From Centroscyllium fabricii (taxonomy: Eukaryota): a stretch of 64,000 nucleotides of DNA. Made by a program: the position numbers and the translations under genes. Each line of letters opens with the position of its first letter. The stretch's first letter is position 1. Of the stretch, positions 37,317 through 50,790 are shown piece after piece. The stretch covers positions 497,674,001 through 497,738,000 of the forward strand of contig JBNRSN020000003.1 of NCBI GenBank assembly GCA_051313645.2, in the 5' to 3' direction. A model generated the notes under the pieces. That model saw only the letters and a list, made by a program, of their open reading frames with translations. It had not been told where the DNA came from and did not search any database.

Positions 37317-39240
37317 TATCCTTTTTTTACAAACAGCGATTAGAACGCTTTATTTCGGCAGTCCTCTGTTATTATGAAAATGACTGTGAAAAATGTGTTT
37401 GGGTGATGGGATTTATTATAGATGTGCGCTCATCCACAAAGGGAAAAACTCAAAGTACCTCAGTGCAACTTTGGTTCATTATTACACTGCCAGGGCTGAG
37501 ATAATAGGTTGAAAGATCGTGACTCTTCCTGCCGTAATATGCCATCCAACTGATCTGATGCAGAAAGCTAGAAATTGAATACAAATAGATTTGAAGAAAT
37601 GATGCAGCAATAACCTCGCCTCACTCAGACATACGGCTTTAACCATGTGCACAACATTGCTGGATACTTCAATGGACATGGATGATAAAATCACTGATAA
37701 ACCTTTGGCGGTATATTTATGCAAACTATTATTTTACAATCTATTGCCATATATATATGTAAGCAATAGGACATAAGAAATAGGAGCAGGAGTAGGCCAT
37801 TTGGCCCTTCAAGCCTGTTCAGCCCCTCCCCCTATATAGCGCCCCTGTACCCCCCCCCCTCCTACCAAGCTCACTGTGTACGTTATCGTAAATGGGAGCA
37901 CATGTTAATTCGGCATAAAACGAATATATATGTTGCTTTAGGCTGTTAAATATGAATGATAGTCGTTTTGTTCCTACATGCCTAAATATATACATAAAAG
38001 GTGTTCCAGCCACCATTTGTAAAATGAACATAACTTGGCCTCAGTTTCCGAGATAGTTTGCTAAATTAAAGCCCAACAAAGATATAGCTTGACTGAACCG
38101 ATTTTACTTTAGAGGTTGTTAAAATCTCCAATATATTTTGTGCTAACCAGACCTTGGGATTCGAACAACTTCATCCTGAGGATACATCTTGTATTTATTT
38201 TATGAATGCAATAATTAGATTGTGTTAACTGTCAGCTCGTTCTTCTGAATTGAACGCAATGTTACTAAAATCGCGTTCTGTGTTTTTGCAGTACACTTGA
38301 AGCACATTTTTGGTATCCATAGTAAAAAAAAAAAATCACAAGTTAAAAGGTGGCGGAGGGCAGAATTATCGGTTAATTAAAGCATAGCCCCCAGTAAGAG
38401 TTATAAATAGCGCAGTTAAAAGGGTCACTCCAGGCAAATAATTATGGGGATATGATGAGCGAACTGCTGCAAGTTTTCTTTTCATATCTTATCACTTTTT
38501 TCGCAGATCTATTTCACCGAAAAAGAAACCTGCGAGACGTGATATTTAACCTAATAGTAATTTCTTCGAACTGAAATAATGCGAATGCCCCGTGTGTGAA
38601 TGCAATTTTTAGTCACAGAATAAGACGCCTGTTTAATTTAAATATGCAGTTCAGAGGCCAACTGCCAACAGCGCCTTGTTGTCACCATTAACTTAATCGT
38701 TTTCACTGATACTCCTTCACAGGACGTATATTTAATATTGTACTGTAATTTCCTTCAGAATCTTTGCAACCCAGTTTCCAGTTGGGCGCATTCATTGTAA
38801 GAGTGTTTAAGCTGTGTTGGGTTTATCATCAATGAGCCATCAATCAAATGAACCCCAATGGTGTGTATGAAAAGGGAATAGGCGATAAGCTTTATGAAGA
38901 CTAATGACTTAAAATGTACATTATCCAAGTGTCGCGTAAATGATTTAAACCCAAGTTTACAGAGGGAACCCCAACCTTTTAATGGTATTCACCTGACGAC
39001 ACGTTGATTTTTGTTAGCTTCTTGGGTATTTCTGTAAATCATCTGTTCACCTGAGCTTTAATCAGTTGCTTTATGCAAATCTGTTTTCCCACAATGTAAC
39101 CAAGGCCTGTTCCATTTGTGGACGCCCTAAAACGATGACAATGTTCTGATCATGCTTAATCTGAAGGGAGGGAGTTGTGCTAACTATGTGCTCCAAATTT
39201 ATAAACGTGCAGTAATCCAATAATCCAATCTCAAATATCA

Positions 39241-39690
39241 GAAGCTCAACGTAAAGTCGAGGAACACCTCATCTTCCGATCAGGCACTTTACAGCCCTCC
39301 GGACTCAACATCGAGGTCAACAATTTCAGTTCATAACTCCGGCTCCCATCATATATTTTTACCTCTTTTTATCCTGCTGAGTTTTTCCAACATTTTCTGA
39401 TGTTTATTTGGCCTTTCTTTTCTCTATCGTGGCAGCCACCTCTTGTTCTGCCAGAGTTTTTCACACCTAATCAACTATTGTCTCCTGTCCACAGAATCTC
39501 GTCTAAGTCTTTTCTCTTTGTGCTGTCTTTCCTTGTTCCTTCCCACCCCCCACCCCCCTCGTGCTTGTGTTTCATTCCCCAACTGTAGTTTTGATAAAGC
39601 GTCTGAACCCGAAACGTCGACTCTATATTTCTCTCCACCGATGCTGCCTGGCCTGCTGAGTTTTTCCAGCATTTTCTGTTCTTATTTCTG
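39241..39690 (+). mobile_element. Penelope-like family B 3' fragment (endonuclease C-terminus, pyrimidine-rich UTR, hammerhead-like motif)
   Basis: 39241-39336 encodes EAQRKVEEHLIFRSGTLQPSGLNIEVNNFSS*, resembling a GIY-YIG C-terminus. TTGATAA...GAAACGTCGACT at 39591-39622, then the family B tail. Confidence 0.8.
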
Positions 39691-40195
39691 AAATAAGTTG
39701 TATTGTCCTTAGCCAGGTGCAGCTGTTCTGGTGTGTCAGGCTATAGTATCCATTCCCTGTCAACAATAGATAAGGAAACGAAACCAAATGTTGACACAAA
39801 CTTTATTGTTTCCATTTTGTTTTCCAAAATGGTGACCTATTTAAGAAGCGGATTCCACTTTCAGGGCCCACTGTATTGTGTCGGTCTTTTGCTGTCGATT
39901 TGAAGTTCGTTTGCCAGTACCTCTCCTAGCTTTAAACAGACAGCCCCTTTAACCACGGTGCTCAGCACGATTATGTAGGCACATGTAGATAGTCCCAATT
40001 AAATTATTCTGCATTTGGTATGACCTTGACTGTTTACACTATTTTCAAACCACCCAACGTACGTGTCATATGTGTGTGTGGCGAGAGGGGGTGGGGCGGC
40101 ATATGAGTGAGTAGGTCTATGCGTGTGTGAGCGAGAGAGAGAGATAGGGTGTATGAGGTGAACTGTATGTGAGTGTGTCTGCTCTGAATGTGTTC

Positions 40196-40336
40196 ATGAT
40201 GTGGAGGTGCCGGTGTTGGACTGGGGTGGACAAATGCAAGAAGTCACACAACACCAGGTTATAGTCCAACAGTTTTCTTTTAAATCTGTGATTTAAAATA
40301 AAACTGTTGGACTATAACCTGGTGTTGTGTGACTTC
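40196..40336. mobile_element. Penelope-like family A palindromic mini-insertion
   Basis: Family A terminus with inverted arms. TSD CTGAATGTGTTC on both sides. Confidence 0.85.
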
Positions 40337-41639
40337 CTGAATGTGTTCTGTATGAGTGTGCTTTAGTTTGCGTATATAGTGATATTTCTTTGTTGTGTGA
40401 CTGTGTGTGTATATCGCATGTATTTGTACACATCTGTGTCTGTGTACTATGTGCATATTGGCGTGTACGTTGTGTGTGTACGTGTGTACGGTGTCTGCGG
40501 ACTGTGTGCTTGCGTGTGTTTTGAAGAGGTACCGTATAATTTTTCAAGCTTTCGGTGAAAAATAGCAGGATTCAGTTTTGTCGACTTTCTATAATTAATG
40601 ACCTCAGTTGTAATAGGATTTTGCAGCCTTTGGCACTGACTGGAAACACCTTTTTGCATAAGATGTAGCATACAATAGGGAGCTGCCTCTTGATTTATGG
40701 GTTCTTACTCCGGAATGAATCTCCCGGGTAGCTGGCCAGCAAAAATTCATCAGAAGAGACACAAACGGCTTTTGTGTGGATGTGGTTTTTTTCTCTCTCT
40801 CTCTCTCTCTCTCTCACAGTACCTGAAAATTGATACCTACTTGGACTAGAAACGCAAATGAGAAAGTGAAAAAACAAACATATTTGACGATATTAATGGC
40901 ATTGCGGTTTATCGCAGTTGGGTATTGCAAGCTAATGTTGTCTTGAAACAGTAGACGGTATTCACCTGAACCTGCACTCCAAGCAGTCGCTTGTTTCTGT
41001 TCCAGCTGTTACACCACAAAGCATTAATCAAATGCAAATCCAAAAAGGTCATTTGTAATGCCTAAAGGCTGGTTTAAATTCCCCAATATCCCTACTCCTG
41101 GGTTCTTGATAGAACTGTATTGAAATTTACAGCAAATAAAATGGTCTTCTCACCTGCTTGGAGTTCTGTAATTATTTTTCTGACGTTTTCCTTCAAAGTA
41201 AATGTGGTTTGATTACAGTTTTTTTTTAGAAAAATAATACTTTGCCTTTTTACAATTTTCTTTTGGCTTGGTTGAATTTGAATGCACAAAGTGGACTTGG
41301 AATTGACTGGCGTTTGGTTTGAGTGGACATTGATACTACACCATTAGGAGGAGCGTTTATAGTCTGTCAGCGCTTCACATGTGTTTACTGTAAGGATGCC
41401 TGCTAGATGTTTGAAAAACACTGCTCTCACCTGCGGTTGCGATGTACAAGAGCCATCTGAAGCTGCTGAACATCTTGATTTGTGACATTTTTCAAATGCA
41501 TATGTGCCCGCAACGAAAATCTACCGATATATACATTCTTTATCTATAATAGACAACCTTTTTAATGGACATTGTAATCATACATCTGTAATCCGTTGCA
41601 TTTATACACACGTTTGTATTTTCAAGTAGTGTAAATAAG

Positions 41640-42181
41640 ATGATGTGGAGGTGCCAGTGTTGGACTGGGGTGGACAAATGTAAGAAGTCACACAACACCA
41701 GGTTATAGTCCCAACAGTTTTATTTGAAATCACAAGCTTTTGGAGCGCTGCTCCTTCATCAGGTGAAGTGAAGAGATGCATATAGGCACAGCATATATAG
41801 TCAGAAAACAATGCTGGACGATTACAGGTAATCTTTCCAATTACCCGTTATCATACATAAGAACAGACGAAGTAGGAGCAGGAGTCGGCCATACGGCCCC
41901 TCGGGCCTGCTCCGCCATTTAATAGGATCATGGTTGATCCGAACTTAGACTCACGTCCACTTCCCTGCCCGTTCCTCGTAACCCCTTATTCACACCCCGA
42001 CTCTGCAGGGCAGTTGGAAAGATTACCTGTAATCATCTGGCAGTGTTCTCTGACTATATATATGCTGTGTTTATATGCATCTCTTCACTTCACCTGATGA
42101 AGGAGCAGCGCTCCAAAAGGTTGTGATTTCAAATAAAACTGTTGGACTATAGCCTGGTGTTGTGTGACTTCTTGCATTTGT
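41640..42181. mobile_element. Penelope-like family A fold-back insertion with a nested CR1/SINE 3' tail (41856-41992, minus strand)
   Basis: Inverted arms ~41675-41845 and ~42008-42180, each with a CTGATGA-GGAGC/GCTCC motif. AATAAGATGAT duplicated at the flanks. The central insert begins cataagaac...gtaggagcaggagtcggcc. Confidence 0.85.
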
Positions 42182-43813
42182 AATAAGATGATTGGTGATG
42201 TCACACGGGTTCTATTGTGATACGGCATTTAGATAACTGGTGGCGATCCCATAGATAACTGGTGGCGATCCCATAATGTAACAGCACGCAGTTTATTTAT
42301 AAAATGTTTATTCAGTGTTCGTCAAAATGTTCAAACTTTGATGTAAACAACACATGGACCAATGGAAGACTTCGCCCTACATTTACGCGGGCCATGGTGG
42401 CGAAACCGGAGCGTGTACCTGGTGGTTCAGGGAGCCTATTGGTTGTCGGGTCTTTGTGGTACTTTGTGGATTTAAGAGGCCGGAGTTTTCACTATTTCTG
42501 GTGCCTGCAATGTGCCAACATATTTGACTTGATTGGAGTGTTTTTGTTCTGGGATGGTTAGGTCTTGTTGTTCAATAGTGTTACAGAAAAGAGTAATGTA
42601 TGCGCCTATGGTACAGGGACCGGCATCACTATCGTTAACAGTGGGCCAGTGAAAAGTTGCTCTTCACTAAGGTTACGATGCAGCTCTGCCTCAAGCGCGA
42701 TCTAATGAAGGGATACTGTGCGGAGTTCCTAATGCAATAGTGGGGTAAACCATCTCCTGTTTGTTTGGGGTGTTTGGTTGCGATATGTTGATTGATTCGA
42801 TTCGTGCAGGTCAGCACAAAGCCCTGTGGATAATAAATCATGTAATTATGGCGGGCTTCATAGTGAAGCAAATACCAGGAACCTCCATTAATCACTGGTA
42901 ATTGTTAACTCAGAAAGTTAATGCTTGGATAACCGGGCAGTCCGGGTACTCCAACTAGAGCAATTCCCTCATCTTTATAGTATTTAGTCCACACCCTGGG
43001 ACTTTATTTCACCAAATAACGAGCTTCTCATTTTTTAAATAAAGTTCAACTTAAAAAAAACTCTAACCCAGAATTGAAAACCGCGTTCTAATTTTGTAGT
43101 AACTTCAAATGTACAAGGAGGCTGGATGATTTCGTTTCTCCAGCGACTGCTGTGACCCACTACCTATAATGTGAGCCTTTTCATTTCCTTAATTCGATGT
43201 AAGACGTGCCTTTAAACAGCCTTTATGTGATATGAAAACTTGTAAATGAAATGACGCACTGGAAAGTGCAAAGGAGAGAAACCCATTTTATTATGTGTTC
43301 CTTAATAAAAACGCATGGTGGAGATAAATTAAACAGCGCATTATTTATGGCACAAGAGTTGATCCTCCAATGTGTTATTAGGTAATGTATAATGTCAAAA
43401 ATAGTCGATCTTTGGTATGGGCAGCAAGTGGCTGTTTTGAAAAATATCAGTTCTTTTTCCCTTTTGACAAGCAACTCAAAAGATTAACTGGGTAAAGCTA
43501 CAGAGGTGGACGAGGGGGGAAAGCAAGACATTTCCAGAAGCTGGAAGCTTTAGCGAATAAGTGGAATATGCGGAAATAAAACATGGCTCTTTATGGCTCC
43601 TGTTTTGATGATTTATAGAATGTAGGATCACGTCAGATTTTTTTTATGGGTCTAACTTTAACAAACACCAAGTGCTGCAGTCCCCTGCAGCTTTACTGAC
43701 ATGCATTGTTGCGTGCATTACAAACAGTGCACTTTGCTTAGTCCCAAATGCAGACGGGGACGGTAAACTGTACTGACCGTGCAGTCAGCAGCGGTCAGTC
43801 GGTCTGCAAAGCT

Positions 43814-43968
43814 ATGATGTGGAGGTGCCGGTGTTGGACTGGGGTGGACAAATGCAAAAAGTCACACAACACCAGGTTATAGTCCCAACAGTTTTATTTG
43901 AAATCACAAGCTTGTGATTTCAAATAAAACTGTTGGACTATAACCTGGTGTTGTGTGACTTCTTGCAT
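43814..43968. mobile_element. Penelope-like family A palindromic mini-insertion centred on AAGCTT
   Basis: ...GAAATCACAAGCTTGTGATTTC... is a perfect centre of symmetry. TGCAAAGCT duplicated at the flanks. Confidence 0.85.
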
Positions 43969-44564
43969 TTGCAAAGCTCTGCTAGTTTGGGAGCGCCTGT
44001 CGAGGATGTGCTGTGCAGGACCACAGACAGCTCCTAAAGGCCCATGTGGTCTGAGCACAAACAACAGCCGCTCGGTATCTGACGCCACCCAAACCCGATT
44101 CTCTTTCCAAGAACCATTTCCACCCAGTCGTCTTCGACTAAAAAAAAACATCTTGATCACCGGGATTCGGTTGTGGCGGAATTTGGCGAAAGCTCTCTTG
44201 CTTCAACTCACGTTTGTTTATTTTGTTCCATTTCCGCCGAGTATTTACGATACATCCAGTTAAAGGTTGCAACCGTTGCTTATTGCAGCTGAGCTAAACC
44301 CACAGCAACAATATTAGTCGACTTCAAAGTAAAGTTTAGAATCAAACCCCCAAACAGAGATTACCAATCCCCTCACATTGATTTGATTTGATTTGTCAAT
44401 CAGCTGCAGTACAGGAAATACTGAAGGACACTCAACACATTCCTGATGCCGATATTTGTGTGAATTAATACGACATGTTGCCGTAAATGCTGAATGTTCA
44501 GATTTCTTCCACATGTCTGCCTTTTGATACTGAACAGTGGTCTGTCCCCAACACCGGGGCTGGT

Positions 44565-44660
44565 GAAGGTGGGTTAATGGAGTCGAGATACAGATCCGAC
44601 TTGATCTAATTGAATGGCGCAACAGGTTCGAGGGGCTGAATGGCCTCCTCCTGCCCATAC
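44565..44660 (+). mobile_element. Short CR1/SINE 3' tail fragment
   Basis: GATCTAATTGAATGGCG...CAGGTTCGAGGGGCTGAATGGCCTCCTCCTG. A similar shorter tail lies at ~37771-37820 on the minus strand. Confidence 0.6.
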
Positions 44661-44878
44661 CTTCCTTTGTAAAGTGCTGCAAGAGATCTGATAACGAAGT
44701 CTCAGTCCCAACATACGTTTATCAAATTGTGGTGCTTGGGTGGTTTGAGATTTAATGATCAAAAATAATCAACAGTTTCCCCGGGAAACTGGACGAGCTT
44801 GTGCTATCTGGCCGTGTCCTGTGCAATAATTTCACCATTAGAGAAAACGCTAGTGCCTTTTTCTTATTTCAGTAACCT

Positions 44879-45275
44879 CAGCCTGCAGTTATACTGACCA
44901 CCCACTCACCCCCCCCCCCCCCCCCAGCCTGCAGTTATAATGACCACCCACTCACCCACTCCCGACCCCGGCCTGCAGTTATACTGACCACCCACTCACA
45001 CCCCCCCCCCCCCCCCAAAGCCTGCAGTTATACTGACCACCCACTCACCACCCCCCCCCCACCCCAGCCTGCAGTTATACTGACCACCAACTCACCCCCC
45101 CACACCAGCCTGCAGTTATACTGACCACCCACTCACCCCCCCAGATTGCAGTTATACTGACCACCCACTCACCACCCCCCAGCCTGCAGTTAAACTGACC
45201 ACCCACTCACCCCACTCAGCCCCCACCACAGCCTGCAGTTATACTGACCACCCACTCACCACCACCACCACCCCT
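44879..45275. repeat. Minisatellite, 9 units of a ~31-bp core plus variable C-rich tract
   Basis: CAGCCTGCAGTTATACTGACCACCCACTCAC(C)n repeated 9 times. Confidence 0.95.
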
Positions 45276-45856
45276 TTGCAAAACGTTTCGGTGTGTTATG
45301 TGGAAGTGCCAGTATAACACGGGAGCCTGGGCCGATTACTGAATGCAGTGAGCCAAAGTGCGAGGCCCTGCAGGAAGCCAGCAAACACCACTTAGATTGG
45401 ATACCGGTGGATTATACCATCAAGCACGGGTTCAAAAGTGCCCGGGGATCTATTAAAACATTCCTGGACATTATATAAACAGTAACGCGTCTTTTAAATA
45501 TAACCTCCTAACACAGAAACATAACCAGAGGGAAGCAGTTTTGTATCCGCTTGTGCAGAGTTCGCTCTGGTCGGGGGCAAGCCACGCCCCAAAGTATAAC
45601 TTCATTGTCAGCGGCAGTCTGTAGCTGCCCCCGGGGCTTCACACTGGGTTATACAGTATTCAGTGCAAATTCAAACCCAGAGGAGTCTCTCACCGCTTGG
45701 CTTTATACCCCTCAGAAGTCAGATTCGGATGGAAGTTCGCAGTTTTCTGTCCACTTTTGCATCAAGACCACATGTACTCATGCAAACGTGGCAGTGGAGC
45801 CGCCGAGTTTGTGTCGGCCCTGTTCTGGTTTTGAGGTTAGAATGCAACCTTAAATC

Positions 45857-46105
45857 AAATGCAAGAAGTCACACAACACCAGGTTATAGTCCAACAGTTT
45901 TATTTGAAATCACAAGCTTACGGAGCGCTGCTCCTTCCTCAGGTGAAAGAGAAGTTCACACAGAATGCATCTGTATTACACCTGATGAAGGAGCAACGCT
46001 CCGAAAGATTGTGATTTCAAATAAAACTGTTGGACTATAACCTGGTGTTGTGTGACTTCTTGCATTTGTCCACCCCAGTCCAACACCGGCACCTCCACAT
46101 CATGG
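45857..46105. mobile_element. Penelope-like family A palindromic insertion
   Basis: Inverted arms with hammerhead-like cores at ~45910-45946 (-) and ~45979-46014 (+). TSD AACCTTAAATCA. Confidence 0.85.
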
Positions 46106-46330
46106 TAACCTTAAATCAGCACATGGGGAGTTGTGGATCCGTTTTAACGCGTGTTTTTCTTTTAAAAGTACTGACTTTTGTTAATGTGAAATTTGCCGTA
46201 CATGCAACTGTGTCAGGTTACAATACTCCACAAACTAAATCTAATAAATGTTCAAGTAACTTTTGAAAATCAGTGGCTAAACTGGAGGAAACTGACGCCA
46301 CTGAGCAAAAGTGACCAAGCTCATCTTGTT

Positions 46331-46531
46331 AACAGAAAACGCTGGAAAAACTCAGCAGGCCAGGGCAGCATCGGTGGAGAGAGAAACAGAGTTCAGAATG
46401 AAGAAAGGTCGTCGGCCTGAAACATTAACTCTGTTTCTCTCTCCACCGACGCTGCCTGGCCTGCTGAGTTTCTCCAGCGTTTCCTGTTGTTGTTTCGGAT
46501 TTCCAGCATCCGCAGTATTTTGCTATGGTTT
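46331..46531. mobile_element. Penelope-like family B palindromic insertion
   Basis: Inverted arms. TGAAGA AAGGTC GTC GGCCT GAAA core remnant. TSD AAGCT(C/A)ATCTTGTT. Confidence 0.8.
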
Positions 46532-46922
46532 AAGCTAATCTTGTTTTCAGGCATCTATTACATTTGTAGTAATGAAAATGTTGCAAAACATGATTTCCCT
46601 GCACGTCATTGTCTTAGTGTATAACAGGTGCGGTAAACCATGTGCGTGTTTCCTGATCGGGTTCCCATAAGTTTTGCAAAAACGATGATTAGAAATTAAG
46701 CTGCTGTCTGTAAGAGAGAGAATGCGGCCTGAATTGGACAATTATGTGAGGTATAAACGCACCGGGGATGCTCTTTAAAAGACGATCAATGTAGAAATGT
46801 CAATCGGTTTATCAGGTATCCATTAAGATCTATTCCCATTAAGGGTTTATTTATTTAGAGTCTGGTAATGCGAGATAAACAGAGGTGGTCCTAGATATTG
46901 GATCGCGCTGTGCCTATTTTAC

Positions 46923-49900
46923 AGGGGTTAAAATTGGCCCGAGGGACCAATATGGCAGGTGACGTATGCACTCATTCCACGTTGGCCGAGTGGCCGCCCA
47001 CCATATTCGATCAGGCTCCCCATAAGCATCAGAACTATTAAAAACGTACATTATAATATTTAAATAAGGGTCACATGCTTGTTGTAGAACCCTTTTGTGA
47101 AATTGGTTAGCCCCAGTGCCTGAATTGCCATGTGATAAACTCGCTCAGCAAATCATGGCAATAATAGGTAGCAAGGACCCCACAGCAGAGCTATTTAAAG
47201 AGTTAATTCAGAATTGTTGCTGGTTTGTCCTTTTAAGCAGCTGATTAACATCTGGGTGTTTTTTTTGTTGTTGTTGCCTATTTTCTGCATTACAACTGAA
47301 CCAACCTCTTTCTGGTGTTGCACTGCTATTGTCTGCCTTCAAAACAGTTTTACTGAAGTCATGGGTGGTCTGGTAAGTCTGCCGTTGGGGCTGGAGGGTG
47401 GGGGTGGGTCAGGAGAGAGCAGGAGCAGCTGGGAGAAGAGGAAGGAGGAGGGCACTGCACAAGAGATCATGCCTACAGAGGGTCTTCAGGGAGCATTTCT
47501 CAAACTTCAACTGCACAGAGGAGCAACATGTCAAGCGCCTTCACTTCACCAATGTGGCTAAGACTGAACTATGTCACCTGTTGCAACCACAACTGGGCCC
47601 TCAAACCAGGGCACAGACAGCATTGCCTGTGGCTGTCAAGGTTACCCTGGACCTCATCTTTTATGCAACTGGCTCCATCGAGGCTGCAGCAGGTGACATT
47701 ACTAACATCTCATGGTTTGCTGTAACCGGGAGGTCACCAAGCCTCTCTATGCCAAGAGGAACACACACTTCACTTACCCAATGGACAGAGTGAAAGCAGG
47801 AGGAACGAGCACTCAGGTTGATGGCATTGTAGGCTTCCCAGGGGTGCTACAGTGCAGTAGACGGCACCCACACTACCTTGTCCTGGCATCTTTCTCAATA
47901 GAAAGGAATTCCACTCCCTTAATGTCCAGCTTGCCTGAGACCGCAGGCAGCTTGGATCGGTGTCTGTTTTTTCTGGCAGCAATCATGATTCATTCATTCT
48001 GTACCAGTCCTCTGTGCCACCTTTTATTCCAACCAGACCATCAGGCCACAAGCTGGCTACTGGGTGACAAGGGATATCCCCTTCGGACATGTCTCATGAC
48101 TCCTGTCTGGAACTTGGTCACAGAGGTGGCATAAAACAAGAACCACGCTTCCACCAGAAATATGGTCGAGCAGACCATCTGCTCAAGTAGTGCTTCTGCT
48201 GCCTGAACCATTTGGGAGGAGATTTGCAGTATAGTCCTTACTGTGTATCCAGATTTGTGGTTGTCTGCTGCATAAACTTTCCATAATATGATTCCAGTCC
48301 TTATCACCACCTGTGCAGCAAAAAGTGCAGGAGGATGAGGAGGAAGAGCAACATTAACCACTGGTGCCGCCGAGCAGCCAGAGCTCTTTGAGAGCAATTC
48401 ATCCAAAAGGACAGCACGTGAACCATCCCTCCCATCGTCAGTACACCAACAGTCCTGTCTACCACCATCTGATTGACTTCCTTCAATCCAACCTTATGGG
48501 ATTTGCCCACACTTCACTATAAATGATGGCCCAGAAATTCGGGTCGGAGGCTTCCCGCGGGTGCAAGCCTCCAACCTGCACTTACCTTGCGCGCCGGCCG
48601 TTGAGCTGTTGGCCCGCGTGGAATTTCGATCCTGGGCCTCCTCCAACTGCCGGCGTGCAGTGCTTGTGTATCTCAGTGGCGCAGATAGTGCGATGCGTCC
48701 TCTGGGATCACGTGGGCCACGGAGAGCCAATCGGAGCAGAGAATGCTCCATTCATAAGTTTGACAGGAAGAGTTGTAAAAACTATGAAAACTACAAGCCC
48801 CCAAAATCACCAAATCTTCAAATAAATTTTTTTTAAAATCACATTTCCAAAATAACGATAAATTAATAACTATTTTAAACAATAATTAAAATTTTTGAAA
48901 AAATTAACTATTTTTCCTAACGGGGCTAAAGATAAACTTACCTTTCTTTAATTATTTAAAAATAATAAACCTATGGAAAAAATGTTTTAATTTGAATTAA
49001 TTCAGTACTTACCTTGTTAAAAGCAGGCCTTACGCCTGCTTTTTTTGTGTGTAACTTTTTTTCACTTACCCGGATAGAAAATCCTGTAAAAAAAAAAAAA
49101 TGCAAGTGCAATGCGCACGCGCTGCTGCTCCCACGCACGCGCTTCACCTCGTAACCCCTTAGTTTGGGGAACAGAAGTGCCGGTTTCCCACCCTGTCCAT
49201 ACTCACGTGTTTAGAGCCTAATTTCTGGGCCATTAACACCAACACCAAATCCAGAAAAATAAATCCAACAACTGAATGCCATCTGTGTATAGTAAGTAAG
49301 AATCACCTTTGTGAAACCCCTTAGTGCCTGTCTTGTGAGCTTATTTACCTACCCTTGGTGTTCCTACAAAGTGTACCGCCAGTGACTACAGCTTAGGAGA
49401 TGGAGTGCTGCTGAACTCCTATTGAGGACACTTCAGATGGCTGTGGTAGGTGACCTCAAGCAGCGCTGAGCCTTGAGGGCCTGGCTGCAGACTGCAGCAT
49501 CTTGGTGTGGACAGGGGCAGTCTGGTGCAGCTCGCTGTATGGCACTGATAAGGGCACTGGTGGAGTGGAGGGTAGGGAGCAGACATGCTACCATCCTGAG
49601 AGAGGACAGCAGGTACATCTTCCATGGAGCCAAGGCCACTCTCCTGGGACTGCACCTCAGCACTCGTAGGGCCCTGCACAAGAACAAAAAACAGGAGTGA
49701 TGTGACGCTCTGGAAGCCCCCGTCAAATTGGGCCTCCAGGGCCAAGATGCTAGCCATCTGACCTTCCATAGCAGCAGTGTGAGTTGCCATCATGGTGGCC
49801 ACCACTTTTATGCTAATGAAGCTAAGCACTCACTCCATGTTGGACAAAATGGTCTCCATTGCTCTGCGTAAAGCCGAAACACAAGTTGGAGCTGGACTCC

Positions 49901-50790
49901 ACTATGCTCTGAGCCATTGCATGCAAGCTGGCTGGCAGGCTGCCCAATGTATCTAACATTTCGTGATGTATGCCCATCAGCTTTCTTCGATAGCCTGGGC
50001 CCTCAAAGTCAGCATCTGAGTCCTCAGCAGCAGAGCTAGTGTGTGATCTCATCCTCCGGCGAGCTGAGACCTGTGGCGTTATATCGTCCTGCCCTAGCTC
50101 ATGCATACTTGTGCCCATTGATTTGCCATGAGAAGACCCTTCCTCGAAGCTATGCTCTAAAATATGCATGGTGCCAGTTATTTGTTTGGGTCAGATCGAG
50201 TGACACTGTATCTTCAGGGAAGCTGGTCACCTCTTCATGAAGTGGCACAGGGGTGTTGATATTTTTAGCATCTGAAATGAAAGAGCAGGACAAGGGTTAG
50301 TTTTTAGCGTGAAGGGAGAACAGAGGGAGATAAATGGCTGGTGAAAGCAGCTGCAGTTTGTCATGTAGAGTGTGTAAGATGTTGTAGAAGTAAAAGGGAA
50401 AAAGGAGGATAAGGTGTAAAGTAATACCGTGCGATGTCTCCTCCACCATCACCACTCACCACGCCATGACTTCCCCCTGCTCGTGATGGTCAGCACATCA
50501 TCTTCCAGAGGGGAGAGAGGGTATGGAGACAGGCTCTGCCTCCTCTGGTCACTTCCTCCTGCCTCATGCTGTGCGCAACCTTGTAAGAAAGAAAGGAATC
50601 TTTTAGTGAAAGCCCTGTGAGGTGTTTTAAGAATATGCCTGTCACAGTCAAATAGTTTTTATGTTGTGTGGAAGTTGAAGTGTGGGGATGTGAGGGTTGC
50701 AAAAGTGGTGAGAGTAGGAGGTGCAGAGAGTGTGAGTAGGAGGAGAAGGAGGTGGAGCGAAGTGATGTTTTCTGTGATATCACAGAGGAA
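46923..50790. mobile_element. Degenerate, truncated PIF/Harbinger transposon (transposase on +, Myb/SANT-like accessory gene on -)
   Basis: HARBI1-like fragments at ~47360-48420 (RVFREHFS..EEQHVKRL, ALPVAVKVT..FYATGS, WLLGDKGYPL..LMTP). Convergent second-gene remnants at ~49400-50600 resemble the accessory gene of the 56-61 kb element. Ends are uncertain. Confidence 0.75.
48528..49231. mobile_element. MITE nested between the two genes of the degenerate Harbinger
   Basis: TIR GGCCCAGAAATT ... AATTTCTGGGCC, GC-rich ends, AT-rich centre. Confidence 0.75.

Noticed and set aside
42229-42274. 23-bp direct duplication TAGATAACTGGTGGCGATCCCA
   Set aside because: A simple two-copy local duplication with no further structure.
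44879-45275. CRISPR-like repeat-spacer array
   Set aside because: The spacers are low-complexity C-tracts, not unique sequences. The context is vertebrate and there are no cas genes. It is a minisatellite.
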